64,000 nt of DNA from a virus, in IMG/VR virus record IMGVR_UViG_3300023184_000035, positions 32,001 through 96,000 of that record; one strand, given 5' to 3'. The translations under genes and the position numbers were made by a program. The notes under the pieces were generated by a model. The model had not been told where the DNA came from. It searched no databases and saw nothing but the letters and a program-made list of their open reading frames with translations. Of this stretch, positions 1-9,802 are shown piece by piece. The first letter of the stretch is position 1; each line of letters begins with the position of its first letter.

Positions 1-675
1 TTGGACGGTGAAATTGTGGGCGAGAGTTTTCAGAAGCTGATGAAACAGGCACATCGCAAAAGCAATGCAGTGACCACAGGCATGACCTATCATATCTTTG
101 ACATGTTGCCCTTGAGCAGTTTTCAAGAAGGTCACTTTAACGCACAACAACACAAACGTATTGAGAGCCTGGAACGTGCTCGGGCTCGACTGCCCGAACA
201 TGGTCCTTTGCAGATCATGAACGGCCTGGACGTGGACCTGGACACAGCCGAAGGGCATGACATCATGCAACGCTATGCCGAAGCTGCCATTGAAGGTGGT
301 TTTGAAGGCATCATGATCAAGAGCATGGACGCACCGTACCTGTGCAAACGCACAGATTCATGGATGAAATGGAAACCCACAATCACAGTTGACCTGAACA
401 TTGTGGGATTTGAACAAGGTACTGGTCGCAATCTAAACCGCCTGGGTGCTATAATCTGTGAAGGAGATGACAATGGACGACATATACGAGTCAATGTTGG
501 TAGTGGCCTGTCTGATAGCGATCGTGATGAGTATTGGAACAGCAGGGACACTCTTCTTGGTCACTTGGTGGAAGTGCAGGCTGACGCAGTTACGCAAAAC
601 CAAGACGGATCATACAGTTTGAGATTCCCAAGATTTTTACGTTTCAGAGATTTTGAAGCCGGCGAAAAAGTATGA
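1..675 (+). CDS. ATP-dependent DNA ligase, C-terminal part (5'-truncated by window)
   Basis: Ligase motifs DGE, YHIFD, EGIMIK, WMKWK and OB-domain SLRFPRF. Confidence 0.93.
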   Translation: MDGEIVGESFQKLMKQAHRKSNAVTTGMTYHIFDMLPLSSFQEGHFNAQQHKRIESLERARARLPEHGPLQIMNGLDVDLDTAEGHDIMQRYAEAAIEGGFEGIMIKSMDAPYLCKRTDSWMKWKPTITVDLNIVGFEQGTGRNLNRLGAIICEGDDNGRHIRVNVGSGLSDSDRDEYWNSRDTLLGHLVEVQADAVTQNQDGSYSLRFPRFLRFRDFEAGEKV

Positions 676-959
676 TCAATCTTAACTTTAACCTATACAA
701 TCCCTGGAGCCGTCGTTGGGATATCATGTGGAACCGGTTCCTTTGGACCAAACACGGTACGTTGACCACACACAAAGTCTGCGAATTTAACGGCTATCGC
801 ACCAACCATGTCATTGACTTGGAGTTTGATCTAACATTCCGAGGTGACCATGCCGGCGCCAGAGTCATGCTGGGCGTGTTTGGATATAGTGTTGAACTGC
901 ACGTCTACGACACCCGACACTGGGACTATGAAACCGACACCTGGGAAGTGTATGACTAA
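672..959 (+). CDS. hypothetical phage protein
   Basis: 95-aa ORF, ATGA overlap with ligase stop. Confidence 0.7.
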   Translation: MINLNFNLYNPWSRRWDIMWNRFLWTKHGTLTTHKVCEFNGYRTNHVIDLEFDLTFRGDHAGARVMLGVFGYSVELHVYDTRHWDYETDTWEVYD

Positions 960-1419
960 GAGACTCTACTACGAAAAACGTGGGCGTAGGTATGTACCTG
1001 TTGCGGAACATGACTACGAACTACATGATGCCATGCCCAAGGGCAACCATTTGATCATGTGTTATCCTGGCGGGCGTAGCACACGCTACAACATTGAGCC
1101 GGCCTTGGCTCCCATGATCGCCGCTGGCCGTGTGGCCGAAGATCGCATGTGTGCAGCAATGCGTAAGGCCAGTGAAATGCGGCCATCTCGTACACCTATC
1201 ACTCCAGGACAGCAAAGAGCTTGGAAAAAGTTAGCCAAAGAATTTGGAGACGAGCTGGCCACATTGAACGGTGCTAGTTCCAGAGACATAGCCGAAGCCG
1301 GCTTAAAAGCCATGCAAGAGGAAGCTGAAAAACTCTTGACCAACCCTGCTGTGAAACTGGCCTATGAGCAGTTTCTCCTAGTGTGTGAATTGACTAAAAA
1401 ACAAGTTGACAACGCCTGA
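952..1419 (+). CDS. hypothetical phage protein (start probably MTKRLYY at 952)
   Basis: ORF overlapping the previous stop; upstream in-frame extension lies inside previous gene. Confidence 0.7.
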   Translation: MTKRLYYEKRGRRYVPVAEHDYELHDAMPKGNHLIMCYPGGRSTRYNIEPALAPMIAAGRVAEDRMCAAMRKASEMRPSRTPITPGQQRAWKKLAKEFGDELATLNGASSRDIAEAGLKAMQEEAEKLLTNPAVKLAYEQFLLVCELTKKQVDNA

Positions 1420-1434
1420 CTTGTGCAGTATAAT
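1406..1434 (+). promoter_or_regulatory. sigma70-type promoter
   Basis: TTGACA-17nt-TATAAT. Confidence 0.8.
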
Positions 1435-1440
1435 TACTGT

Positions 1441-1630
1441 GCATGACCAGGGAGATTGGGTGGTTTAATGGGTGCAACAGAGAAAGATCTTTAACCGGTT
1501 CTGTTGCATGCCGTGGCATCAGAAGCAGAAATCCCGTAGGATGAGACACTGGCTAGACCTGGCAACAGGTCAAAACACTGGCTGATACCCAGTGGAGTAT
1601 GCCCATGTAGATAAAAACAGTGTAAAGGAT
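1441..1630 (+). ncRNA. candidate structured RNA / long 5' leader
   Basis: ORF-free; stems TGCAACAGA/TCTGTTGCA, GACCTG-GCAA-CAGGTC, CACTGG/CCAGTG, ACACTG/CAGTGT. Confidence 0.5.
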
Positions 1631-1634
1631 AGTA

Positions 1635-1952
1635 ATGTCTGTTGAAATTGAAACCTCTGCGCAGAGTACGTTTGAATCCCTTGACTCTCTTAAATTAACG
1701 CCCTTGGTCATGCACCGTATTCAAGTGGAACTGCGTGACATTGCCACATGGTATGCAGTTATTCGAGAACTCAATCAGGTGTATGGGGCCAACAACTGGC
1801 GGGGCCAAAGTCATGTTCGACGACGCCTGGAAGGCTTGATCTGGGACGACAGCAAGTCTCTCTGGGTTTGGTTTGACGTGCCTGATGTGTCCATTACATC
1901 TTGGTTGGCCGTTAAACTAGCCGTCCAAGTGCGTATACCACCCAATAAATAA
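1635..1952 (+). CDS. hypothetical protein
   Basis: 105-aa ORF with AAGGA SD. Confidence 0.7.
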   Translation: MSVEIETSAQSTFESLDSLKLTPLVMHRIQVELRDIATWYAVIRELNQVYGANNWRGQSHVRRRLEGLIWDDSKSLWVWFDVPDVSITSWLAVKLAVQVRIPPNK

Positions 1953-1956
1953 ATCT

Positions 1957-3474
1957 ATGTTCCTCAGTTATTTCACATTGTTAACCGCGCTCTCTTTGAG
2001 CATGGTAGCGGCCTGGTACAGTATCTTGGGCCTTACTGCTATTTTTGCGTCAGCAGTTGTGCCCATTATCATCATGGGATCAATACTGGAAGTGGCCAAG
2101 GTCACTGTCACAGTATGGTTGCACGAATACTGGCCACGATGCCGACTGCTGATGAAAATATACCTGGTGCCGGCTGTGGGTATGCTAATGGTGATAACAT
2201 CAATGGGCATCTTTGGTTTCCTATCAAAGGCACACAGTGACCAAAATTTAATCAGCGGTGATGTACTCAGCAAGATTGCAATATATGATGAAAAGATCAA
2301 GACCCAAAAGGAAAATATTGAAGCAAACCGTAAAGCACTTAAACAGATGGATGAGGGAGTGGACTCGGTATTGGGCCGCTCAGCAGATGAAAAAGGTGCC
2401 GACAAGGCTGTGGCTTTGCGAAGAGCCCAGCAGAAAGAGCGTGTTAGACTTCAAGCTGAAATACTACAGTCGCAGAAGTCCATTGCGGAACTTACGGATG
2501 CCCGTGCGCCTGTTGCCGCCGAGGTACGTAAGGTCGAAGCAGAAGTTGGGCCAATTAAGTATATCGCGGCGTTCATCTACGGGGACAACCCGGACGCCAA
2601 TGTACTAGAACGTGCTGTGCGTTGGGTCATCATCATCTTGGTTGTGGTGTTTGATCCCTTGGCCATCATGATGGTGCTGGCTGCCACAGAGAGCATGAAG
2701 TGGGAACGTGAACGCCGAGCCGAACAACCTGCTTACGAGGCCGATGATGGGCCATTGACCGATGAACAAGTTACACAACTGCGTGAGACAGCGCAAGCAG
2801 AATTGCCCACAGGTGAAACTGTGGCCATCAGCAAGTTGTTTGATGATCCAGGTGAACATCCTGCAGACACATTTGATCATGAATTACCACAAGACCCGCA
2901 CCCGCCAGGGTGGATGTATGACGATTTGGCATCACATCCCATACTTGATGAACATGCGGTAGAAGAAATTGTTGCTGAATTTGATCACGCTCGCGCCGCC
3001 GTGGCATTCGATCAGGCGTACTTGAACGCCGTGGCACAAGACATTGAACCGGAAGATACAGACGATGTTGGGATCAAAGCCGCAATCAAGCAGTGGAAAA
3101 CTGAAAATCCTGATGGCACCATAAAAGAAGAACGTGCCAAATTGGCTCGTGGTCAGATTCAACAACTACCGTGGACACAACTGGTGGCGGACAATGACCT
3201 GGGAAGAGAGCCCACATCTGGGTTTGGCATTAGTTTTCCTAATAAGCCCATCAAAGGTGACACATACATGCGTGTGGATCAAATGCCCAATGTGCTGTAC
3301 AAGTTCAACGGACACCATTGGATTATTGTGGACAAGAATTTAACTGATAACTACACATACGACGATGCATATATTGAGCATTTGATCGCCAAGCTCACAA
3401 GTGGAGAATATGATCCAGACATGCTGAGTGACGCAGAAGCTGATGCCATTGCTCGTCGTGTAAAACCAATTTAA
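1957..3474 (+). CDS. membrane protein with coiled coil and acidic C-terminal region
   Basis: Three N-terminal hydrophobic helices, coiled-coil segment, another TM segment; preceded by TAAATA. Confidence 0.8.
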   Translation: MFLSYFTLLTALSLSMVAAWYSILGLTAIFASAVVPIIIMGSILEVAKVTVTVWLHEYWPRCRLLMKIYLVPAVGMLMVITSMGIFGFLSKAHSDQNLISGDVLSKIAIYDEKIKTQKENIEANRKALKQMDEGVDSVLGRSADEKGADKAVALRRAQQKERVRLQAEILQSQKSIAELTDARAPVAAEVRKVEAEVGPIKYIAAFIYGDNPDANVLERAVRWVIIILVVVFDPLAIMMVLAATESMKWERERRAEQPAYEADDGPLTDEQVTQLRETAQAELPTGETVAISKLFDDPGEHPADTFDHELPQDPHPPGWMYDDLASHPILDEHAVEEIVAEFDHARAAVAFDQAYLNAVAQDIEPEDTDDVGIKAAIKQWKTENPDGTIKEERAKLARGQIQQLPWTQLVADNDLGREPTSGFGISFPNKPIKGDTYMRVDQMPNVLYKFNGHHWIIVDKNLTDNYTYDDAYIEHLIAKLTSGEYDPDMLSDAEADAIARRVKPI

Positions 3475-3476
3475 AT

Positions 3477-4685
3477 ATGAAATCATCTGACACGTTAGAC
3501 AACTGTAGTTTCTGCGGCAAACACAAAGACAGTGTGGCCAAACTCATAGTAGGTAATGAAGTCTCTATCTGCAACGAGTGTGTGGACTTGTGCCAGACCT
3601 TACTTGTAGAAGAACTGCCTGAGAAATCAAAAGAAATCACAGACGACACTTTGGATCCCAGAGCCATCAAAGATCACTTGGACAATTATGTGATTGGGCA
3701 GGATCATGCCAAAATGGTATTGAGTGTGGCCATTGCCAATCACTACAAACGCATAGCCAATGCTGATCCAGATGTGGAAATTGAAAAAGCCAACATCCTT
3801 ATGTTGGGGCCAACCGGCTCAGGTAAAACATTGTTGGCACGTACAGTGGCACGTTACTTGGATGTGCCATTTGTGATTGCAGATGCTACAAGTTTAACCG
3901 AAGCCGGCTACGTGGGCGACGATGTAGAGAGCCTGATCACAAGACTGTACACAGCAGCCGGCGGCGATGTGGCAAAAACTCAGCGCGGTATTGTGTTTGT
4001 GGACGAAATTGACAAGATCAGTCGGCGTAGCGAGAGTGCCAGTATCACTAGAGATGTGTCAGGCGAAGGTGTACAGCAAGCATTGTTGAAACTGGTGGAG
4101 GGCACCCGGTGCAGAATTACCCCACAAGGTGGTCGCAAGCACCCGCAAGGTGAAACTGTGGAAATTGACACAGCCAACATATTGTTTATTGCTGGCGGCG
4201 CATTTGTGGGACTAGACAGCATTGTCAAGAGTCGTGTTAAAGGCACCAGCATAGGATTCAATGCCAAGGTCAGTGTAGACACCGGTGCACACCTGGATCA
4301 AACCACACCTGAAGATCTAATCAAATTTGGCATGATACCTGAGTTTGTGGGACGTTTCCCCAGTTGGGTGGCCTTGAATGAGCTTACCAAACCGGACCTG
4401 ATACGTATACTTCAAGATGTCAAACACAGTTATGTCAGCCAGTATCAGTGGATATTCAAGCGAGATCAAGTTGAACTAAACTTTAGCCCAGACAGCCTAG
4501 ATCTCATTGCTGAACGCACTATTGCCAACAAAACTGGTGCCCGTGGGTTACACAGCGAACTAGAACGTGTGCTGTTGCCACACATGTACGACTTGGCTCG
4601 TTATCGCAAAGGCGGCATCCAGACCTTGAATATCAATACTGACCTGGTAAATAATCCTGAATCACTTCGGGAAATAAATGAATAA
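3477..4685 (+). CDS. clpX: ATP-dependent Clp protease ATPase subunit ClpX
   Basis: Zn domain CSFCG..CNEC, Walker A GPTGSGKT, Walker B VFVDEIDK, RKH and IGF loops, GARGL. Confidence 0.97.
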   Translation: MKSSDTLDNCSFCGKHKDSVAKLIVGNEVSICNECVDLCQTLLVEELPEKSKEITDDTLDPRAIKDHLDNYVIGQDHAKMVLSVAIANHYKRIANADPDVEIEKANILMLGPTGSGKTLLARTVARYLDVPFVIADATSLTEAGYVGDDVESLITRLYTAAGGDVAKTQRGIVFVDEIDKISRRSESASITRDVSGEGVQQALLKLVEGTRCRITPQGGRKHPQGETVEIDTANILFIAGGAFVGLDSIVKSRVKGTSIGFNAKVSVDTGAHLDQTTPEDLIKFGMIPEFVGRFPSWVALNELTKPDLIRILQDVKHSYVSQYQWIFKRDQVELNFSPDSLDLIAERTIANKTGARGLHSELERVLLPHMYDLARYRKGGIQTLNINTDLVNNPESLREINE

Positions 4686-4902
4686 ACCACATGCTAGATC
4701 AGTCATAGTACAAGACAACAATGTTGAAAAAGCCCTGCGCAAGTTCAAGAAAAAAGTGCAGAACTCAGGCATACTGAATGATCTCCGTGAACGTGAATTC
4801 TACATCAAACCCACCACAGAGCGCAAACTCAAACGCAGTGCAGCCCGAAATCGTTGGCGCAAGTACATTGAAGGTCAGCAACTGCCCCCACGAACACATT
4901 GA
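4678..4902 (+). CDS. rpsU: 30S ribosomal protein bS21
   Basis: NVEKALRKFKKKV..SGIL..LREREFYIKPT signature. Confidence 0.93.
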   Translation: MNKPHARSVIVQDNNVEKALRKFKKKVQNSGILNDLREREFYIKPTTERKLKRSAARNRWRKYIEGQQLPPRTH

Positions 4903-4905
4903 ATA

Positions 4906-5856
4906 ATGAAATGTTTGATAAGCCATAGAGCTGATCAGTATATTACTCATCGCCTTGAACAAAACTTTGAAGTGGTCAGAATTGATCTTGCACAGGTGCA
5001 TGAGTATGATGCTAGAAATCATGTGGTGTTTGTGGATGTGTCAGACACCGAGTTAATTAGCCAACTACGCAATCAAGGATTTGGGCTGATCATATCCAAG
5101 TTTTATGATGAGATACTGGATGATGCTCGTGGTACGTACACAGAAGACAACTGCTTGTACTTGTACGCAAGAAACTGGTGCCGCATGCACAGTGCCACAA
5201 TATGGACCAAGGCACAATACAATTACATTAGACCCGCTGCAACGCCTGACCAATTCTTTTTGCTAATGATGAATTTGCAAAGGGAACACCGAACTCAATT
5301 GTTTGACGCTACTCAGCCCTATCACGCAGAGTCATTGTACAGTTACATAGAGCAAGGGCATTACTTGCCAGATGATGCTCCACTGTCCGCGCAAAAACGT
5401 GGCACCAGCGATCAACATTTTTACAACCCTGCTTGGTATACAAGAACCAATTTCAGCATGGTATCTGAAGCAAGAGTGCAGTGGCCGTCACGATCCGCCA
5501 CAGCACGATTTGTCACTGAAAAAACGTTTAAACCCATTGCAGCACAACATCCTTTTATGGTGTATGGAACTCCGGGCACACTGGCGTATTTGCATGAGTT
5601 GGGATTTGAAACATTTGATCATGTGATTGATGAAAGTTATGATCATGTAACTGATCCGGCAGCACGGCTTGATGCAATTAAAAAAATACTTGATGCACTG
5701 TATCAACCATATCAACAAGGTCAGCAGTTGTTTGCTGATACAATATCTCAGCAAAAAACACTGCACAATTATTATAATTTTTATGATCCAGGCAAACTAA
5801 ACCAGCTGTGGACCACAGAAATTATCAATCCCATTGGAGAGTTTTTAAATGCATAA
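4906..5856 (+). CDS. hypothetical protein with GT10-like C-terminal motif
   Basis: VSE..FVTEKTFKPI..HPF..GFETF..IDESYD; paralog of 23698..24903. Confidence 0.6.
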   Translation: MKCLISHRADQYITHRLEQNFEVVRIDLAQVHEYDARNHVVFVDVSDTELISQLRNQGFGLIISKFYDEILDDARGTYTEDNCLYLYARNWCRMHSATIWTKAQYNYIRPAATPDQFFLLMMNLQREHRTQLFDATQPYHAESLYSYIEQGHYLPDDAPLSAQKRGTSDQHFYNPAWYTRTNFSMVSEARVQWPSRSATARFVTEKTFKPIAAQHPFMVYGTPGTLAYLHELGFETFDHVIDESYDHVTDPAARLDAIKKILDALYQPYQQGQQLFADTISQQKTLHNYYNFYDPGKLNQLWTTEIINPIGEFLNA

Positions 5857-6541
5857 ACTGGGCTTGATTGGCAGTCGTGGATTGTTTGGTAATGAAATTT
5901 GTAAATTTTACACCCCCACACTGGTTTACAATTCCAACAACATTAGTGATCTAGCACAGGAACAATTTGACACAGTGATCTGCGCTGCACCCGGTGCCAA
6001 CCGCCGAACAGCACAAGCAGATCCCAAAGCAGATTCTGCCAGTGTGGATCGAATCATTGCAGCTCTGAGCGCCCAACGCATACAACGTGTAGTGCTGATT
6101 GGCACAATTGATGCTGTGGTCAATCCTGATACTGCATATGGTCAAAATCGACTGCGCCTGGAAAACTTTGTCAAGCAGGAATTTGAGCACCACTATGTGC
6201 TGAGATTTGGCAACATTGTGGGGCCTGGCATAAAAAAGAATGTGCTGTTTGATCTCAAGCATGATCAATTTTTAGACAGCATAAATTTGGATTCAGTAAC
6301 ACAATGGTATCCCTTGGATCGTTTGCAATCAGATATTGAGCATGCACTGTCGCACCACAGTTACGAACACACCTTGGTGTCAGAGCCCATTCAAGTACGG
6401 GAAATTGTACAAAAGTTCTTCCCTGAAAAGCTCAGTCAGGTAGGCACCGCACCAGGACCAAGAGCCAATTACAACCTGCCTCCCAGTTTTTCAAAACAAT
6501 TGGTGTTTGAAAAAATGGCACAGTACTGCCAAAAAAATTGA
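5849..6541 (+). CDS. NAD-dependent epimerase/dehydratase-like protein
   Basis: N-terminal GxxGxxG (GSRGLFG), YGxNR motif. Confidence 0.7.
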   Translation: MHKLGLIGSRGLFGNEICKFYTPTLVYNSNNISDLAQEQFDTVICAAPGANRRTAQADPKADSASVDRIIAALSAQRIQRVVLIGTIDAVVNPDTAYGQNRLRLENFVKQEFEHHYVLRFGNIVGPGIKKNVLFDLKHDQFLDSINLDSVTQWYPLDRLQSDIEHALSHHSYEHTLVSEPIQVREIVQKFFPEKLSQVGTAPGPRANYNLPPSFSKQLVFEKMAQYCQKN

Positions 6542-6610
6542 CTTCAGTTGAAATTTGTGTTATAAATATACATGTAGTGCCCATAGTGGGGCTACAAATC
6601 AAAAAGTCAT

Positions 6611-6627
6611 CTTGCTTAATAAAGGAG
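6611..6627 (+). promoter_or_regulatory. ROSE-like RNA thermometer hairpin over hsp20 SD
   Basis: CUUGCUU pairs with AAGGAG with bulged G (UUGCU motif). Confidence 0.6.
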
Positions 6628-6634
6628 AAAACAA

Positions 6635-7093
6635 ATGACAAAAACTCTAACCCTTCGCACATTCGATATTCCCTCAATTCACAAATTTGGTATTGGTTTC
6701 GACAACCTGTTTGATGATCTCATGCGTGTGAATGCCCAACAAAGCAGCAACAACTATCCACCTTATGACATTGTGCAAATCAATGATGATGAGTACATGA
6801 TCAGTTTGGCTGTGGCTGGTTTTGGACCGGACAACCTAAGTATTACCAAGGACAAAAAATTCTTGATAATTGAAGGCCAGCACAGTCGTGAGACCGTGGA
6901 CAACGAAGATTCAACTGCAAAGTACTTGCACAAAGGCATCAGCGAACGAAGTTTCCGCAGGGAATTTCAACTGGCCGATCACGTGGAAATCAGCAATGCA
7001 CATCTTGAACTTGGTATCCTCAGTGTTCATCTAAAACGTGAAGTTCCTGAAGAAGTCAAACCAAAGACCATTGCGATCTCTTACAAAGAGTAA
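6635..7093 (+). CDS. small heat shock protein Hsp20 (IbpA-like)
   Basis: IGFD, NYPPYDI, LAVAGF, YLHKGIS.RSF.REF.LA. Confidence 0.95.
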   Translation: MTKTLTLRTFDIPSIHKFGIGFDNLFDDLMRVNAQQSSNNYPPYDIVQINDDEYMISLAVAGFGPDNLSITKDKKFLIIEGQHSRETVDNEDSTAKYLHKGISERSFRREFQLADHVEISNAHLELGILSVHLKREVPEEVKPKTIAISYKE

Positions 7094-7158
7094 TATAATG
7101 TAAATACAGTGACAGCAATCCTGCTGTCACTGATTGTGTAACAATGCAAGGAATACAA

Positions 7159-7470
7159 ATGTCACAGAGCGATACCCGCACAAGAATCAAACCATCAGAA
7201 GCTGTGAAAGAGCCGCCTATGTTTAAAGTTATCTACTTGAATGATAATCAAACCACAATGGATTTTGTTGTAGACAGCCTGATTGAGTACTTTGATTACA
7301 CTGCTGAAACTGCTGAACAAATCACTGTAGATATTCATCAAGCAGGACAGGCCACTGTGGCGGTGTTACCTTATGAAATCGCCGAACAAAAAGGCATTGA
7401 AGTCACGCTGAGTGCAAGATCACAAAGCTATCCACTGCAAATCAAACTGGAACCTGAAACTGTAAATTAA
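7159..7470 (+). CDS. clpS: ClpS adaptor protein
   Basis: PPMFKVIYLNDNQTTMDFVV, IH..G, EIAEQK, YPL. Confidence 0.93.
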   Translation: MSQSDTRTRIKPSEAVKEPPMFKVIYLNDNQTTMDFVVDSLIEYFDYTAETAEQITVDIHQAGQATVAVLPYEIAEQKGIEVTLSARSQSYPLQIKLEPETVN

Positions 7471-8255
7471 TCGTCTACAACAATGCGTAGCGGATGGTAC
7501 ACGTACTGACGCCACTCAGTATCACCCCGGCCCCTGCAGTTGTTGATAAAACGCACACCTTGACGTGCTTGGTCCACACTTCCGTGATAATGTCCAAAGC
7601 ACCAGGTGTGTATTTTCTTTTGTGTGTCTGCACTCAATGCTCGCATCATGAATCCATTGCCCATGGTGTTGAATCGCAGTGTGTCAGCAAGCCCAATGTC
7701 GTGTGCAATCAAACTTGAATTGGGTACTGTATGTGTCACACACACAATCTTTCGAACATCATTATGAGTTTGCAATCGTTTGATACTTGTGACCATGTAA
7801 GTGGCATCTGTTGTGGCCAGGCGCCCAGTGGTCTTGGCCACTTGCGCACTGACTTGGCATTGATTCTGGAACCACAGTGATGTTTGCTCTGCATCTATTG
7901 ACGGGTCAAGGTTGTAAGTCCACCAACCATTGGTGCCTACTATTGCAACCCCATCTACTACCACAACATTATCTTGCAAAAACACAACGTTGGGTATGCG
8001 CTTTATTCGATGTGCAAGATCAGCATAACTGGCATTCAAGTCATCATAGAAGTACCGGTGCTCATCATTGCCATCTACGTAAAACACTGCTTGATAACAA
8101 CTGCCAAGATGCCGCAACATGTCAATCACAGTGTCGCGATCTCGTGCAAGATCTCCTGCTACAACACAATATGGACTGGTGGCACGGCCAGACCAATCAA
8201 AATCAGGCCAAGTTTCTGAGTGAATATCAGAAATTAAATCAAATGCAAAACTCAT
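7467..8255 (-). CDS. calcineurin-like metallophosphoesterase
   Basis: SDIH, AGD, GNDE, THTVP, FGHYH motifs. Confidence 0.85.
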   Translation of the reverse strand: MSFAFDLISDIHSETWPDFDWSGRATSPYCVVAGDLARDRDTVIDMLRHLGSCYQAVFYVDGNDEHRYFYDDLNASYADLAHRIKRIPNVVFLQDNVVVVDGVAIVGTNGWWTYNLDPSIDAEQTSLWFQNQCQVSAQVAKTTGRLATTDATYMVTSIKRLQTHNDVRKIVCVTHTVPNSSLIAHDIGLADTLRFNTMGNGFMMRALSADTQKKIHTWCFGHYHGSVDQARQGVRFINNCRGRGDTEWRQYVYHPLRIVVDD

Positions 8256-8279
8256 GATACATATTTAAAAGGAAACTGT

Positions 8280-8639
8280 ATGAACATTATATTTGGCGAA
8301 GCCCTTGACACCATCCCTGACAACTATGTGGTATTGGAATTGGATACATTTGTATTGCCCCCGGACAGTAGAAAAGTCACATCGTATTGTGTGGTTGAAA
8401 AGATCGCCCTGCATGATTTCCCTGTGTTGGAGTCATACAAAAAAGTACACGCAGACTTGATACAGGCATATCGTGATCAAAACTGGGAGTACTGCGAGCA
8501 TGCCATCAAAGGGTTACTGGGCCGTTGGAATGGCGAAGCGGACACTTTTTATGAAAACTTGTTGACACGAGTGCAGGAATTCCAGGCCACGCCACCTGGT
8601 GACTACTGGACTGGCTATATCGACAAGACTGTGGCTTAA
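8280..8639 (+). CDS. hypothetical protein resembling C-terminal tail of class III adenylate cyclases
   Basis: LELD, YR.QNW, FY..LL.RV.E...PP..W.G pattern; no catalytic core. Confidence 0.5.
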   Translation: MNIIFGEALDTIPDNYVVLELDTFVLPPDSRKVTSYCVVEKIALHDFPVLESYKKVHADLIQAYRDQNWEYCEHAIKGLLGRWNGEADTFYENLLTRVQEFQATPPGDYWTGYIDKTVA

Positions 8640-8923
8640 ATATTGTCAGGGTTGCTGCCAACTGTACCTGATCCCAGCACACATGCAGTGGTGTCTGTGT
8701 ATTCTACCACGGTCCAGGTTTTCTTTTGTTTATTTGCCAGCAATGTGATATGACTGTTGGTATCTGATTTGCCCACCCATACTGGTGTTTCTCCAAATTC
8801 TTTGGCAAAATGTGGTATCACAAAGTCTGCATTGCTACATTTTAATGGCTTTTGTAATTGAACAAGCTCTTGTGCTTGGCCAGTTAAACAAACCAATAAT
8901 GACAGTGCTAATAATTTTTTCAT
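8636..8923 (-). CDS. secreted hypothetical protein
   Basis: Signal peptide; paralog of 8920..9237 (C..FGE..WVG..TVV.Y...AC...SG). Confidence 0.75.
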   Translation of the reverse strand: MKKLLALSLLVCLTGQAQELVQLQKPLKCSNADFVIPHFAKEFGETPVWVGKSDTNSHITLLANKQKKTWTVVEYTDTTACVLGSGTVGSNPDNI

Positions 8924-9237
8924 TGTATACTTCCTGGCTCGGGACTACTTGAGGGTCCTGATGAATGTATACATGCAACATGAGCACTGTATTGTACCAC
9001 TGTAAATGATCCTGTAACACTATTACGCATGACTGCAATAGTTGTGGGCGATTTAGTTAGTTTGTCTTGTCCTACCCATATTTGTTCCTGACCAAATTCT
9101 CTAGCCAAGAACTCTAACATAGTTTGTGCCGGAGCACAATTCAATTGCACTTCTGCTTGGAACATGCGATCTGGTACTTGGGCGCCGGCTATAGAGCTAA
9201 TTAGGCAGAATAGGAACGCCATTATTAATTTTTGCAT
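8920..9237 (-). CDS. secreted hypothetical protein
   Basis: Signal peptide; paralog of 8636..8923. Confidence 0.75.
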   Translation of the reverse strand: MQKLIMAFLFCLISSIAGAQVPDRMFQAEVQLNCAPAQTMLEFLAREFGQEQIWVGQDKLTKSPTTIAVMRNSVTGSFTVVQYSAHVACIHSSGPSSSPEPGSIQ

Positions 9238-9763
9238 AATGGATCCTTAAAATATTATTTATTGCGTTGGGTTAGAGAGACAGCTTCTTTGTACTTCATT
9301 TAACATCATATAACGTTCACGCTGTCCGTGATAAACGTTATAAATTACCTCGGCAATGTCCCGAGTGATCTGCATGAATTCTGGATTACAATGATGCGGG
9401 AATGTTTGTACGAATGTTTTCTTTGTGTGGTCCCAGTTATTATCTCGCATGATGAATGCGTAATGTGTGAGTTCGTGACCCAGGCCCCAATCTATCATCT
9501 CATAACCATAATGTTTCAGTGTTTCGGGAGAGATGATGATTTGCATATCATAGTCAGAATCATCTGGTATGGGAAATTGAAACATCATTCTTGCTCCGGC
9601 TGGCAGCGTTTCAACAGTAATCGGAGGCATGGGTAAATCTACAGGGGCGCCCACACGCTGTTTGATAAATTTCCACTCTAGTTCAATCACTGGCCAATCT
9701 AAATCCGATATTCCCGGTTGGACGTTGGCTATAGAGCTAGTTAGGCAGAATAGGAACGCCATT
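9187..9763. repeat. 37-bp direct repeat (9187-9223 and 9727-9763) encoding shared signal peptide
   Basis: GGCTATAGAGCTA(A/G)TTAGGCAGAATAGGAACGCCATT, one mismatch. Confidence 0.9.
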
Positions 9764-9777
9764 GCTATGTATTTCAT
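9259..9777 (-). CDS. secreted putative zinc metallopeptidase
   Basis: Signal peptide, HExxH (GHELTH). Confidence 0.6.
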   Translation of the reverse strand: MKYIAMAFLFCLTSSIANVQPGISDLDWPVIELEWKFIKQRVGAPVDLPMPPITVETLPAGARMMFQFPIPDDSDYDMQIIISPETLKHYGYEMIDWGLGHELTHYAFIMRDNNWDHTKKTFVQTFPHHCNPEFMQITRDIAEVIYNVYHGQRERYMMLNEVQRSCLSNPTQ

Positions 9778-9802
9778 AGTGGCTTCTCCTGTTGCATATT
9801 TA

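Noticed and set aside
1605-1620. Possible LexA box ATGTAGATAAAAACAG
   Set aside because: Mismatch in the invariant CTG and far from the promoter
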